Positions 50,136 to 59,356 of a stretch of 64,000 bases of DNA are shown here, one piece after another. A model generated the notes under the pieces. The model searched no databases and was not told the origin of the DNA. It saw only the letters and a list, made by a program, of their open reading frames with translations. The translations under genes were made by a program, and so were the position numbers. Within the stretch, counting starts at the first letter, position 1. Each line of letters opens with the position of its first letter. The stretch covers positions 1,184,001-1,248,000 of the forward strand of contig OY969807.1 of the NCBI GenBank assembly GCA_963703285.1. The letters run 5' to 3'. Origin of the DNA: an uncultured Nitrososphaerota archaeon (lineage in GTDB: Archaea > Thermoproteota > Nitrososphaeria > Nitrososphaerales > Gagatemarchaeaceae).

Positions 50136-51791
50136 TCAGTCGAACTCGCCGCCAGCACCCGCACCTGGCGGTGGGCCGGAGGGACCCCTGGACTTGCCTG
50201 CAGCAATCACGTCATCGATGCGCAGGATCATGCACGCGGCTTCGGTAGCGGACTTGATTATCTGTTCCTTCACGCTCAGTGGCTCGAGGACATTCTCCTT
50301 GTACATGTCCTTGACCTTGCCTTCCTTGGCCTGAACTCCGTACCACTTGACACCGCCCGCATGCTTTGCCCTCAGGTCGGTCATAGCGTCGATTGGGGAC
50401 ATACCAGCGTTGACGACCAGCGCAGTCGGTAGGGCCTCGAGCGCTTCCGCGAACGCCTGAGCAGCGAGCTGCTCGCGCCCGGTCAGATTCTCGGCCCAAT
50501 TCCTTAGCTGTGACGCCGTCTCCATCTCGGCTGAACCGCCTCCAGCCACGATCGCCGGCTTCTCCATGATGTCCTTGATGACCATCAGGGCGTCGTGGAC
50601 GGAGCGTTCGGCCTCGTCGACTATCCTCTGGGTCCCGCCTCGTATCAGGATCGTCACGGCCTTTGGGTTCCTGCAGCCCTCGACAAAGACCCACTTGTCC
50701 TCTTCGACCTTCCTCTCCTCTACCAGGTCTGCGTATCCGAGGTCCTTCTCCGAGATGTCGTCAAAGTTGTTCGCAACGCGTGCGCCCGTGGCTCTTGCGA
50801 GTTTCGTCATGTCGCTCTCTTTGGCCCTCCTAACCGCAAGGACGCCTGCCCTTGCAAGGTAGTGCTGCGCGGTGTCGTCCATGCCTTTCTGGCAGATTAT
50901 CACGTTTGTGCCGATTGCGACGACCTTGTCCACCATGCTCTTGAGCATATGCGTCTCCTCATCGAGGAACTTCTTCATCATGGTCGGGTCGCCGATGTTG
51001 AGCTTTGCGTCGAACTCCGTCTTCTCTATCTCGAAGGCCGCGCTGATCAGAGCGATTTTCGCCTTCTCCACCCGCTTGGGCATCCCAGTGTGAACGACTT
51101 CTTTGTCGAGAACTATGCCGCTGATCAGGGTCGTACCCGCTACCGATCCTCCGGGCTTCTTCTCGACCTTCACATTATCGAGGTCCACTCTGTAACCCCC
51201 ATCCCGCTCCTCCGCCACTGCAAGAGCTGCATTGACCACAAACTCTGCAAGCTCCTGGGCCTCCCTGACGACCAGTTTGGTCTGCATGCTCGTTCCGGCT
51301 ATCTTCGTTAGCCAGTCTCTGTTCGTCGGACTTACCTTCTCCGCGATGCTGCGGAGTATCTCGATTGACCTTTCAGCAGCCCTGTTGTATCCATGGACTA
51401 TCACCGTCGGATGCACGCCCTCGTCGATGAGTCCCTCAGCCTTCTCAAGAAGGGCGCCGGCGAGGATGACCGCAGACTTTGTTCCGTCTCCAACTTCGTC
51501 ATCGGTCGCCTTGGAGACTTCCACGAGCATCTTGGCGGCCGGATGCTGGATGTCCATCTCCTTCAGCAGAGTAGCCCCGTCGTTGGTGATGGTGACATCA
51601 CCTAGTGAATCGACGAGCATCTTGTCCATGCCTCTGGGGCCGAGAGAGCTCTTGACTACCTCGGCAACCAGCTTGGCTGCCTCAATGTTGTTCTCCTGAG
51701 CATCCTTTCCACGTGACCGACCGCTACCTTCTTTCAGGATAATTACGGGCTGGCCGCTGGAAGTAACAGCCTGAATGACTTGCGTTGACGT
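50136..51791 (-). CDS. Thermosome (group II chaperonin) subunit; ACG at the expected start, GDGTK variant
   Basis: GQPVIILKEG, LGPRGMDKML, TNDGAT, ILRIDD. Confidence 0.95.
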   Translation of the reverse strand, partial: TSTQVIQAVTSSGQPVIILKEGSGRSRGKDAQENNIEAAKLVAEVVKSSLGPRGMDKMLVDSLGDVTITNDGATLLKEMDIQHPAAKMLVEVSKATDDEVGDGTKSAVILAGALLEKAEGLIDEGVHPTVIVHGYNRAAERSIEILRSIAEKVSPTNRDWLTKIAGTSMQTKLVVREAQELAEFVVNAALAVAEERDGGYRVDLDNVKVEKKPGGSVAGTTLISGIVLDKEVVHTGMPKRVEKAKIALISAAFEIEKTEFDAKLNIGDPTMMKKFLDEETHMLKSMVDKVVAIGTNVIICQKGMDDTAQHYLARAGVLAVRRAKESDMTKLARATGARVANNFDDISEKDLGYADLVEERKVEEDKWVFVEGCRNPKAVTILIRGGTQRIVDEAERSVHDALMVIKDIMEKPAIVAGGGSAEMETASQLRNWAENLTGREQLAAQAFAEALEALPTALVVNAGMSPIDAMTDLRAKHAGGVKWYGVQAKEGKVKDMYKENVLEPLSVKEQIIKSATEAACMILRIDDVIAAGKSRGPSGPPPGAGAGGEFD

Positions 51792-51953
51792 ACCCTAATC
51801 GCCATTTTATTCGCGACTTCCCGACTTATATACACGGGGGACGATTATCACAATCGAGACTGGGTCGAACGAAGGGCCCTGCTAGGAGAGGGAATGTATT
51901 CTTACGGTATCAGCCGACATCAAGCCGAAGCGTCAACAAGTCCAATACCTATT

Positions 51954-52340
51954 TTAGCGAGGTTCAGCAGTTTTGTTCGATGGTAAATGGTTGACAAGGT
52001 CGCGCGTCGGGTCCGCAGCGAGGACGGATCTCTTGCGCGCCACCCTCTTCGCGGCCATAGAATTCAGTCGGTTGAGTTCCTCAAGACGAGTTGCACTAGA
52101 CGAAGATTCCTTTAGAAGCGCCATCAGCCTCGTTATCAGTTCCGGGTCCCCCGCCTTGATGATGTCGACTACAGCTTTTCGTTCAGGACCTCTTAGCGGG
52201 CGAATGAACTGGTCATAGTTCACGGCAAGAAGTTCAGCGATCTTGGCATCTCGCTCCAGGCCTTTCGCCCTAAGTTCCCCTGCATAGACATTCATTTCCT
52301 TTACAGGGTCGCTGACTGTCTCGGACTGATCAGTCTTCAT
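51954..52340 (-). CDS. Hypothetical protein
   Basis: 128-aa ORF with TTAATA box upstream. Confidence 0.5.
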   Translation of the reverse strand: MKTDQSETVSDPVKEMNVYAGELRAKGLERDAKIAELLAVNYDQFIRPLRGPERKAVVDIIKAGDPELITRLMALLKESSSSATRLEELNRLNSMAAKRVARKRSVLAADPTRDLVNHLPSNKTAEPR

Positions 52341-52406
52341 CCATCAATCTGAGTCATCAACAGCATATTAAGGAATAGGCGGTCCCATTATTCTTGCGAC
52401 TGCTAA

Positions 52407-52835
52407 TTGGAGGCGCCCCTGTCTTCGAAGAATGTTTGCGAGGGCCATCACTGTGTGAGTTGCTGCTATGCAACAGAGATGCTTCTATTGGAGGATGATG
52501 TGCAACGAATAGTCAGTCTCGGTTTCAAGGAAGGCTCTTTTGCAGTTGAATCCGACGGCTTCAAGATGCTCAGGAACAGCAGCGCCGGGAGATGCGTCTT
52601 CCACGATGGAAAGCAGTGCACAATCTACTCAAATCGACCCGCGGGATGCAGGCTGTATCCCATCATCTTCGACGAAGACCTCAACCATCCTGCAAAGGAC
52701 GCGTTCTGTCCATACAGGGATGAGTTTGACCTCTCCTTGAAAGCCAAACGAGAGTTATCAGACGTCTATCTCAGGCTGATTGACGGCCCCAAATTTCCTT
52801 CCAAAGCACCCGGAAACTTGCCAAAGGTTGGCTGA
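52407..52835 (+). CDS. YkgJ-family cysteine cluster protein
   Basis: C..CC, CVF....CTIY..RP.GC.LYP. Confidence 0.88.
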   Translation: MEAPLSSKNVCEGHHCVSCCYATEMLLLEDDVQRIVSLGFKEGSFAVESDGFKMLRNSSAGRCVFHDGKQCTIYSNRPAGCRLYPIIFDEDLNHPAKDAFCPYRDEFDLSLKAKRELSDVYLRLIDGPKFPSKAPGNLPKVG

Positions 52836-52973
52836 CCGGCTAAACTGCCCGAGAATACAGGCCGAATTGTGGGAGAAGGCATAGACTCATAGGCTTTCCT
52901 GCACGGCGTTTGAAGCCAAAAAGACAGTGGACAATAAAGTCCTATATCGAACGAACGAGAAAATCCTTGTCCC

Positions 52974-53369
52974 ATGACCTACCCGCTGGATAAGCTGTGC
53001 ATTCAGGTCTTCAAGTTTGACCGGCGGGTCAGGTTCGCAGGAGTTCTCGACGAGACGGGTAGATTGATCGCCGGGGGGATGAGAAAGGGCATTATCTCTC
53101 TGGAGCCTGCCAGGGAGAATCTCAGGTTGATGGCAGACCTGACGATGCAGATTGCGACTGACAAGACCTGGGATCGGTACTTTGGGGGGATGTGGTACAC
53201 ATTCGTGAAGCGAGAGAAGGTCAACGTGCTCACCTTCTATCTCGGCGGGAAGAGCGTGATGATGATCTCGACGGAGTCAGACTTCGACCTTGACAATGCG
53301 GACCTCCTCAGGGAGACCGTGATGACGATGTACAGCAACGGGATTGTCCCTGAAAAAGTAAAGAGATAG
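52974..53369 (+). CDS. DUF6659-like (roadblock/profilin-like) thaumarchaeal protein
   Basis: RVRFAGVL...GRLIAGGMR.G..SL, YFG...Y..V.REKV. Confidence 0.7.
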   Translation: MTYPLDKLCIQVFKFDRRVRFAGVLDETGRLIAGGMRKGIISLEPARENLRLMADLTMQIATDKTWDRYFGGMWYTFVKREKVNVLTFYLGGKSVMMISTESDFDLDNADLLRETVMTMYSNGIVPEKVKR

Positions 53370-53505
53370 TGTCAGGCTAGCTCAAGCCCAACTCCAGGTA
53401 CTCGGCCTGTGGGATGAAGTCGGATCCCAAAAACCTTCTCTCCTCTTCTTTCGTTTGACGTACCTTTTCGAAGGTATAAATATCGCAGCGTGATCAAACA
53501 AACAG

Positions 53506-53667
53506 ATGGCGAAGAAGAAAGTAAAGAAATCTTCGAGAAAGGCCAAGAAGACAACCGCAAAGCGGATGGTTATCAAGAAGAAGGAAGTCACACCACCAGC
53601 CGCTGCTCCTGCCAGTCCACGACTTGCTACTAAATCATACTCTGATGTCCTCTCACCCTACCGCTAA
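53506..53667 (+). CDS. 53-aa histone-H1-like Lys/Ala/Pro-rich protein
   Basis: MAKKKVKKSSRKAKKTTAKR..PPAAAPASP; TATAAATA at ~53475. Confidence 0.55.
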   Translation: MAKKKVKKSSRKAKKTTAKRMVIKKKEVTPPAAAPASPRLATKSYSDVLSPYR

Positions 53668-53777
53668 GTGAGCCTCATATTACCTCTAACGCCCTCTCAA
53701 TCACCCTCATAGTCAGACCACAAGAGGTAAGACCGGGGCAGCAATCATTCCCTTTCCTGCCAGGCAGAAGAGAAAGA

Positions 53778-53802
53778 GCGGGCTGGGTGGGACTTGAACC
53801 CA
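53778..53802 (-). repeat. tRNA 3'-end fragment (att-like, a different tRNA)
   Basis: Reverse complement TGGGTTCAAGTCCCACCCAGCCCGC is a T-arm plus acceptor 3' strand. Confidence 0.6.
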
Positions 53803-54081
53803 AAATCGGTGGCCAGAATCCAGTCGCGAGAATTAAACCCAAGGGGGCGCTCAACTACAAAATCTCATATCCGGCCAAGGATTTTTCCATTATAATCGTA
53901 AGGGGATTTTGCCCCTCCTAGACAGAACAGACAAGAATTGAAGGCACGAAAATTATCTCCGGTAACGTACGCGTGAAGCCAGGTACGCTTTCCCCGAATG
54001 CTCGCCCAGCCTGTGAGCCCAATAGACCGATAAATGAAGAGCGTAAACAAGCCTACTCGTGAACTCGCGAGCCTCTAATCA

Positions 54082-54354
54082 TCACTGCTCTTGTTCCTCT
54101 TTCTTCACCATTCTCGAAATGGTATCTTCAACCACATCCACAGGCGTAATTCCTCTCTTAGCAGCATAGGCGTCAAGCTGTTTCGCTATGTCCTCAGGTA
54201 TCTCGTAGATTCTAACCCTCTTGAACTCGAGAGCCCTAAGCAAGTCAAGCCAGTCAGGCTCAGGTATCCTGATGCTATTGAAGCCCTTTGTCTTGACTTC
54301 GTATGATTCCCAGTAATATTTACCTGAAGTCTGCTCCGCATAAGTTAGCGTCAT
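54082..54354 (-). CDS. Small protein with RHH/CopG-like C-terminus
   Basis: EIPEDI..QLD.YA.KRG.T...VV...I. Confidence 0.5.
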   Translation of the reverse strand: MTLTYAEQTSGKYYWESYEVKTKGFNSIRIPEPDWLDLLRALEFKRVRIYEIPEDIAKQLDAYAAKRGITPVDVVEDTISRMVKKEEQEQ

Positions 54355-54361
54355 GGCTGAT

Positions 54362-54688
54362 CTAAACCACGTGACGACTATCAGTTTGTCTCGACCTTAG
54401 CTCTTCCAGTCGATTGAGAGTGGCTGAGGAGATCTGCAGATAAATTAAGCCATGAGCTGTTGCATTAGAATAGAGCATTATTGGTGTTTGAAGGTGCGAA
54501 ATTCCTACGATGAAGGGAGGAAGAGGTGCTGCTGTTTCCAGTATTCCGAATGAACTGGTCACCAGCTGTGGTTGAGCCTGCGGCGATGATAGTAAAGACT
54601 GGGGATAATGGATCTCGATGTTGAATCGTATCATCGGGGAAGGATGGGGGCTCGCTGCACTTGCTTGGATGAACTCCGCTTCGCCCAT
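54362..54688 (-). CDS. Hypothetical protein
   Basis: 108-aa ORF, AT-richer DNA. Confidence 0.35.
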   Translation of the reverse strand: MGEAEFIQASAASPHPSPMIRFNIEIHYPQSLLSSPQAQPQLVTSSFGILETAAPLPPFIVGISHLQTPIMLYSNATAHGLIYLQISSATLNRLEELRSRQTDSRHVV

Positions 54689-54803
54689 GATCTAGAAGAA
54701 AAGTCGATAGCATCCTTTAAACTTGCCTAATGCAGGCTCTCCCAAACCTTCGTCAGATAACTGAACCTGCCAAAATGCGGCGGATAAGCGGTTCATACCA
54801 TGC

Positions 54804-54911
54804 ACGGCCGCGCTGGAGCACTACCTGAACATAACGTTCACGGAAGAAGACAGGGTGCGGATGAAGCCGTGGGTCGAAGGCTGGGTTCAGAGGGCTAACC
54901 GACAAAGGTAA
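54804..54911 (+). pseudogene. C-terminal remnant of an archaeal tyrosine integrase
   Basis: TAALEHYLNITFTEEDRVRMKPWVEGW resembles the catalytic-Tyr end of archaeal site-specific integrases; upstream part missing. Confidence 0.55.
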
Positions 54912-55074
54912 ACAGTCAGATGAACTTGACAGGCTCCGACCCCGAGTTCAAGATACTGCAGCGAAGCAGGAGCGGAGCCGCAGATAATCTACCCGCCCAC
55001 CGAGAAGCCGAAGTCATCACGCCGCTATTACGAGCTCGACCTTGACGCTGGGCTGAAAGGAATGCTTAGGCGCT

Positions 55075-55386
55075 CTAACTGGTCAGGGTCATCTCTATCT
55101 TAACCTCCTCGGGGATCCTGAGCTTCGTTATCTGTCGCATCGTTCTTTCGTTCGGTTCGATGTCAAGGATCCTTCTGTGAATCCTGAGCTGCCAGTGGTC
55201 GAACGTGTGCGTACCCTCCCCCGTAGGGGCTTTCCTCGTAGTAATCTTCAGCCTCTTCGTTGGCAGAGGTTGCGGGCCCTTGCATTTGACCCCCGTCTTC
55301 TCAGCGATTTCTTTGATCTCCCAGGCAAGGGCATCCAGCTGCTCAAGGTTGGAGCTGGTTAGCTTGATTCGGGCGTACTGTGGCAC
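55075..55386 (-). CDS. rpsJ: 30S ribosomal protein uS10
   Basis: ARIKLTS, GP.PLPT..L..TTRKAP.GEG..TF..W.LRIH.R. Confidence 0.95.
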   Translation of the reverse strand: MPQYARIKLTSSNLEQLDALAWEIKEIAEKTGVKCKGPQPLPTKRLKITTRKAPTGEGTHTFDHWQLRIHRRILDIEPNERTMRQITKLRIPEEVKIEMTLTS

Positions 55387-55596
55387 TATTCCTCGAGGGC
55401 CGCTTCTTGACTGACTACTTACACGTATGCCACTCATTGCCCGACCGTGTCCGATGGATTGCCTTCGCTCAATGAGGTTCATTTGAGACGCGTCGCACAT
55501 ACCGACATGAGACCTTGCATGACACGACGAGCTATCGGAATCTTTCCCAGTCCATTTATATACTATATATACTGCTCAAATCCTCACGCGCAGGCA

Positions 55597-56154
55597 ATGC
55601 CTCAAACGAGGGCGATAGTAAGCATCGAGAACGTTGTCGCTTCCGCCTCGATAAATCAGAGGGTCGACCTGAACCTGATAACCAAGAACTTTATCGACGT
55701 GGAGTACCACCCTGACCAGTTCCCTGGACTGGTCTTCAGACTGAAGACCCCAAAGACAGCTACCCTGATCTTCAGCTCGGGGAAGATGGTCTGTACGGGA
55801 GCAAAATCGGAGGACCAGTCGAGAAAGGCCGTTCAAGAGGTTGTCAGGAGGTTGAAGAAGGGGGGTATCCCCATCAAGAATGAGGCAGAGATAGTGATAC
55901 AGAACATGGTGGCATCGGCGAACCTCGGGGGGAAGGTTCACCTGGAGGAGGCGGCCAGACAGCTGCCAAAGTCGATGTACGAGCCCGAGCAGTTCCCAGG
56001 TTTGATCCACAGGATGCCGGACCCCAAGACCGTGATACTCCTGTTCGCCTCAGGGAAGCTCGTCTGCACCGGAGCGAAGAGGGAAGCCGACGTCTACAGG
56101 GCCGTGAACAACCTGCACGTGATGCTCGAGGAAAAGAAGCTCATGATCTACTGA
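55597..56154 (+). CDS. tbp: TATA-box-binding protein
   Basis: IENVVAS, Y.P.QFPGL (twice), LIF.SGK.VCTG. Confidence 0.97.
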   Translation: MPQTRAIVSIENVVASASINQRVDLNLITKNFIDVEYHPDQFPGLVFRLKTPKTATLIFSSGKMVCTGAKSEDQSRKAVQEVVRRLKKGGIPIKNEAEIVIQNMVASANLGGKVHLEEAARQLPKSMYEPEQFPGLIHRMPDPKTVILLFASGKLVCTGAKREADVYRAVNNLHVMLEEKKLMIY

Positions 56155-56411
56155 CAATTCCGCTCCCTTCCATTGGGATGGAAGAAGCTAGGGCGATCCG
56201 GCAGACCGCTTCAGCGCTAAAAGCGTTAGTTCGGTTACGTCTCGCGCTGGTGGTACTTTTGATTCAACAAAGGAAATTACTTCAGCAATCGCTGGATGAA
56301 GATGGGTAATCAATATGCGGGCAAAGAACCCGAATGCCGACTAGTCCGACGTGGGCGTTGAGTCTTAGGTACTTCCTCTGGGAAAGATTGTTCTCGAACC
56401 AGGTGCCGTGC

Positions 56412-56531
56412 CTAGTTTGACGAACAAGTACACTCACTCGTGTAATTATTACAACCAGTACAAACCAAAACAATGCTTCCTTTGGTTTTCATCTCCGCCA
56501 CTTTTTTTCCACATTTGCTGCATCGAACCAT
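56412..56531 (-). CDS. 39-aa six-cysteine zinc-ribbon microprotein
   Basis: MVRCSKCG...CTGC...ECTC; directly after cdc48, AGGAG upstream. Confidence 0.55.
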   Translation of the reverse strand: MVRCSKCGKKVAEMKTKGSIVLVCTGCNNYTSECTCSSN

Positions 56532-56555
56532 CTCTACCACACATCTCCTACGGCC

Positions 56556-58724
56556 TTACCTGTAGTAAGGCATCGCGACTTTCTCCATCGGGTTGCTCTC
56601 CCTGGAGGACCTCACTTTCTTCGCTGCCTCCCGGAAGTGCTCGTAGGTCACGATCGGTTCATCGAGGTGCTTCTTCGCGTCCTCGGGCCTCGGATACTTA
56701 GCGATGTATGCTTGAAGAACTATGGAGAGTGCCGTGTTCACCAGAGCCGCCAGGTCTGCTCCGTTGAGTCCCTCGGTCATCTCAACTAGACGTTCAACCT
56801 CCACCTCCTTTGAGATCGGCTTCCCTTTCAGCTGTATCTGCAATATGTCCCTCCGCGCTTCCTTGTCGGGCAGCGGGACGTTGACGATCTTGTCGAATCT
56901 GCCCGGTCTGAGTAGGGCCGGGTCGACCATGTCAATCCTGTTCGTGGCTGCGAGCACCACAACACCCAGCAGCGCCTGGATGCCGTCCATCTCCGTGAGC
57001 AGCTGACTGACTACCCTCTCGGTCACATCGCTGCCTCCCCCCATTCCCCTCACCGGAGCAAGAGCGTCTATCTCATCGAAGAAGATTATGCAGGGAGACG
57101 CCTGTCTTGCTCGTTTGAAGACCTCTCGCACCCCCCTTTCCGATTCACCCACCCACTTGCTGAGCAGCTCTGGTCCCCTGACGCTGATGAAGTTCGCCTC
57201 GCTCTCGGTCGCTACCGCCTTGGCGAGCAGCGTCTTTCCAGTCCCGGATGGGCCGAAGAGGAGCACCCCCTTCGGCATGTTGTAGCCTATCGCCTTGTAC
57301 AGGTCAGAGAATTTGAGCGGCCACTCCACAGCCTCTTGGAGTTCCCTCTTGACGTCCTCCAGCCCTCCGATCTCAGACCACTTCACGTCCGGCGTTTCGA
57401 GATACACCTCTCTCATTGCCGACGGTATGATGTCCTTCAGCGCCTTCTCGAAATCGTCCCCCGTAACAATCAGCTTGTCGAGCGTCTCCGGGCTCAGCCT
57501 CTCTTCCCCGAGGTTCAGCTCTGGCAGCATTCTTCTGACAGTCTTCATGGCAGCCTCTTTGCAGAGATACTCGAGGTCGGCCCCGACGAATCCGTGCGAC
57601 ACCGAGGCGAGCCTCTCCAGGTCGACGTCCTGCAGCAGCGGCATGTGACGCGTGTGGATCTGCAGAATCTCGTATCTTCCCCTCTTGTCCGGGACCTTGA
57701 TCTCGATCTCTCTGTCAAACCTCCCCGGCCTTCGGAGGGCCGGGTCAAGTGCGTTGGGCCGGTTGGTGGCCGCTATCACTATGACCTTTCCCCTAGCTTC
57801 GAGGCCGTCCATCAACGAGAGCAACTGGCTGACGACTCTCCTTTCGACTTCTCCGGTCACCTCCTCGCGCTTTGGAGCTATCGAGTCAATCTCGTCGATG
57901 AAGATTATGGTGGGTGCCTTCTCCTTTGCTTCCTTGAATATCTCCCTGAGTTTCGCTTCTGATTCACCGTAGAACTTGCTCATAATCTCCGGGCCGCCTA
58001 TCGGAATGAAGTGAGCGTTGCTCTCGGAGGATACAGCCTTCGCCAGGAGCGTCTTGCCGGTTCCCGGAGGGCCGTAGAGGAGAACTCCCTTCGGTGCTTC
58101 AATGCCCAACTTCTCGAAAATCTCCGGATGTCTCAGCGGGAGCTCAATCGTCTCCCTTACCTTCCGTATCTCGTCCGTTATGCCGCCAATATCTTCGTAA
58201 GTTACCTGTGGTACTCCCCTCAGAGCTTCGCGCTTCTCAGAGATGACGAAGACCGTTCTATGGGTTATCAGCGCCGCTTCTGCGACCGGACTTACCCCAG
58301 TAACTTGGAAAGTGAGCCTCCCGCCGAAGTAGGGTACAATGACGTTGTCCCCCTTCGTTACCGGGACGCTATCGAGGGCATCCGCCAAGTATCGCTCGTC
58401 GATAGGCGGTACAGCTTCGAGCGGAGCGACCACGACCTTCTCGGCAGGTGGGGCGCTCACCTTCTTTACTACAACCGCGTCACCGATAGCGACGTCAGCA
58501 TTGTTCCTGATGACACCGTCGATCCTTAGTACTCCTCTGCCCTCGTCTGACGGGTAGAGGGGGAGGCACTTCGCGACCGTCCGTCTCTTTCCCTTGACCT
58601 CGATTACGTCTCCCGTGGGCGCGCCCAATGATTTCATCGCGTCATAGTCCAGTCGGGCCACACCTCGACCCACATCGCGGGTGTATGCCTCGAGAACCTT
58701 TAGCTGGACTGGCTGCTGGCTCAC
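56556..58724 (-). CDS. cdc48: CDC48/VCP family AAA ATPase
   Basis: N domain (RDVGRGVAR), two AAA modules ([16 protein letters not shown]), C-terminal YYR. Confidence 0.97.
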   Translation of the reverse strand: MSQQPVQLKVLEAYTRDVGRGVARLDYDAMKSLGAPTGDVIEVKGKRRTVAKCLPLYPSDEGRGVLRIDGVIRNNADVAIGDAVVVKKVSAPPAEKVVVAPLEAVPPIDERYLADALDSVPVTKGDNVIVPYFGGRLTFQVTGVSPVAEAALITHRTVFVISEKREALRGVPQVTYEDIGGITDEIRKVRETIELPLRHPEIFEKLGIEAPKGVLLYGPPGTGKTLLAKAVSSESNAHFIPIGGPEIMSKFYGESEAKLREIFKEAKEKAPTIIFIDEIDSIAPKREEVTGEVERRVVSQLLSLMDGLEARGKVIVIAATNRPNALDPALRRPGRFDREIEIKVPDKRGRYEILQIHTRHMPLLQDVDLERLASVSHGFVGADLEYLCKEAAMKTVRRMLPELNLGEERLSPETLDKLIVTGDDFEKALKDIIPSAMREVYLETPDVKWSEIGGLEDVKRELQEAVEWPLKFSDLYKAIGYNMPKGVLLFGPSGTGKTLLAKAVATESEANFISVRGPELLSKWVGESERGVREVFKRARQASPCIIFFDEIDALAPVRGMGGGSDVTERVVSQLLTEMDGIQALLGVVVLAATNRIDMVDPALLRPGRFDKIVNVPLPDKEARRDILQIQLKGKPISKEVEVERLVEMTEGLNGADLAALVNTALSIVLQAYIAKYPRPEDAKKHLDEPIVTYEHFREAAKKVRSSRESNPMEKVAMPYYR

Positions 58725-58834
58725 GTCTTTATCACGGTTAGACGATTCTCACGTTCATCCACCTCCTAATAGGCATCTCCGTCAGCTATCTGTCGCTATC
58801 ATAAACTTACAAATGCTGAGGGAGATAGCATCTT

Positions 58835-59254
58835 TCATGAGTGCTGACTTGAAGAGCTCTCTAACTTAGTACTGACCCTCGGGTCATGCTTGAACGTCTT
58901 CAGATATTCGACTAGGTCAACGAAATCTGGGTTGTTATCTGCTTTGCGAAGTCGTACGCGGATGTCTTCCTTTCCCAAGTTCACAACAATCTCAGGTTGA
59001 TATGGGATCTTGGTAAAGAAAACAGCAGAGTAGTGTATCCTTCCCTTGACCTCTTCTCGAACAATGTCTTCCGTGTCTGGGAAGGCTAAGATTGCAAAGG
59101 CGATTCCGTCAATCCAATTGACGGTGGGGATAACTGGAATTTCTTTCGTAAGTATCTGCTTCACGACGTCTTCAAAAAAGATTATTTTATTGTCGGACTC
59201 CAAAACATGGTGAACGATGATTTCCTCGGTAGGCATGTATGTAATCTTGGCCAA
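58835..59254 (-). CDS. Conserved archaeal hypothetical protein
   Basis: I.Y.P..EIIVH..NWIDGIAF..G.IHY pattern. Confidence 0.6.
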   Translation of the reverse strand: MAKITYMPTEEIIVHHVLESDNKIIFFEDVVKQILTKEIPVIPTVNWIDGIAFAILAFPDTEDIVREEVKGRIHYSAVFFTKIPYQPEIVVNLGKEDIRVRLRKADNNPDFVDLVEYLKTFKHDPRVSTKLESSSSQHS

Positions 59255-59356
59255 ATCTAACGTCTTCTCCTAATGGAACAGATTCTAGACCCTCCGAATT
59301 AAGGTTACTTGCTTATTCGGGAGATAAAGCCTGCATTGGATGGGTGTATAATGAAA

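Larger units (their letters stand above)
47171..59356. mobile_element. tRNA-Gly-integrated island, right arm (inverted)
   Basis: Starts at the tRNA 3' end; integrase remnant; TSD link to the left arm. Confidence 0.7.

Noticed and set aside
21182-59356. Island as an intact provirus or conjugative element
   Set aside because: No recognisable capsid, packaging ATPase, VirB4, relaxase, replication protein or full integrase
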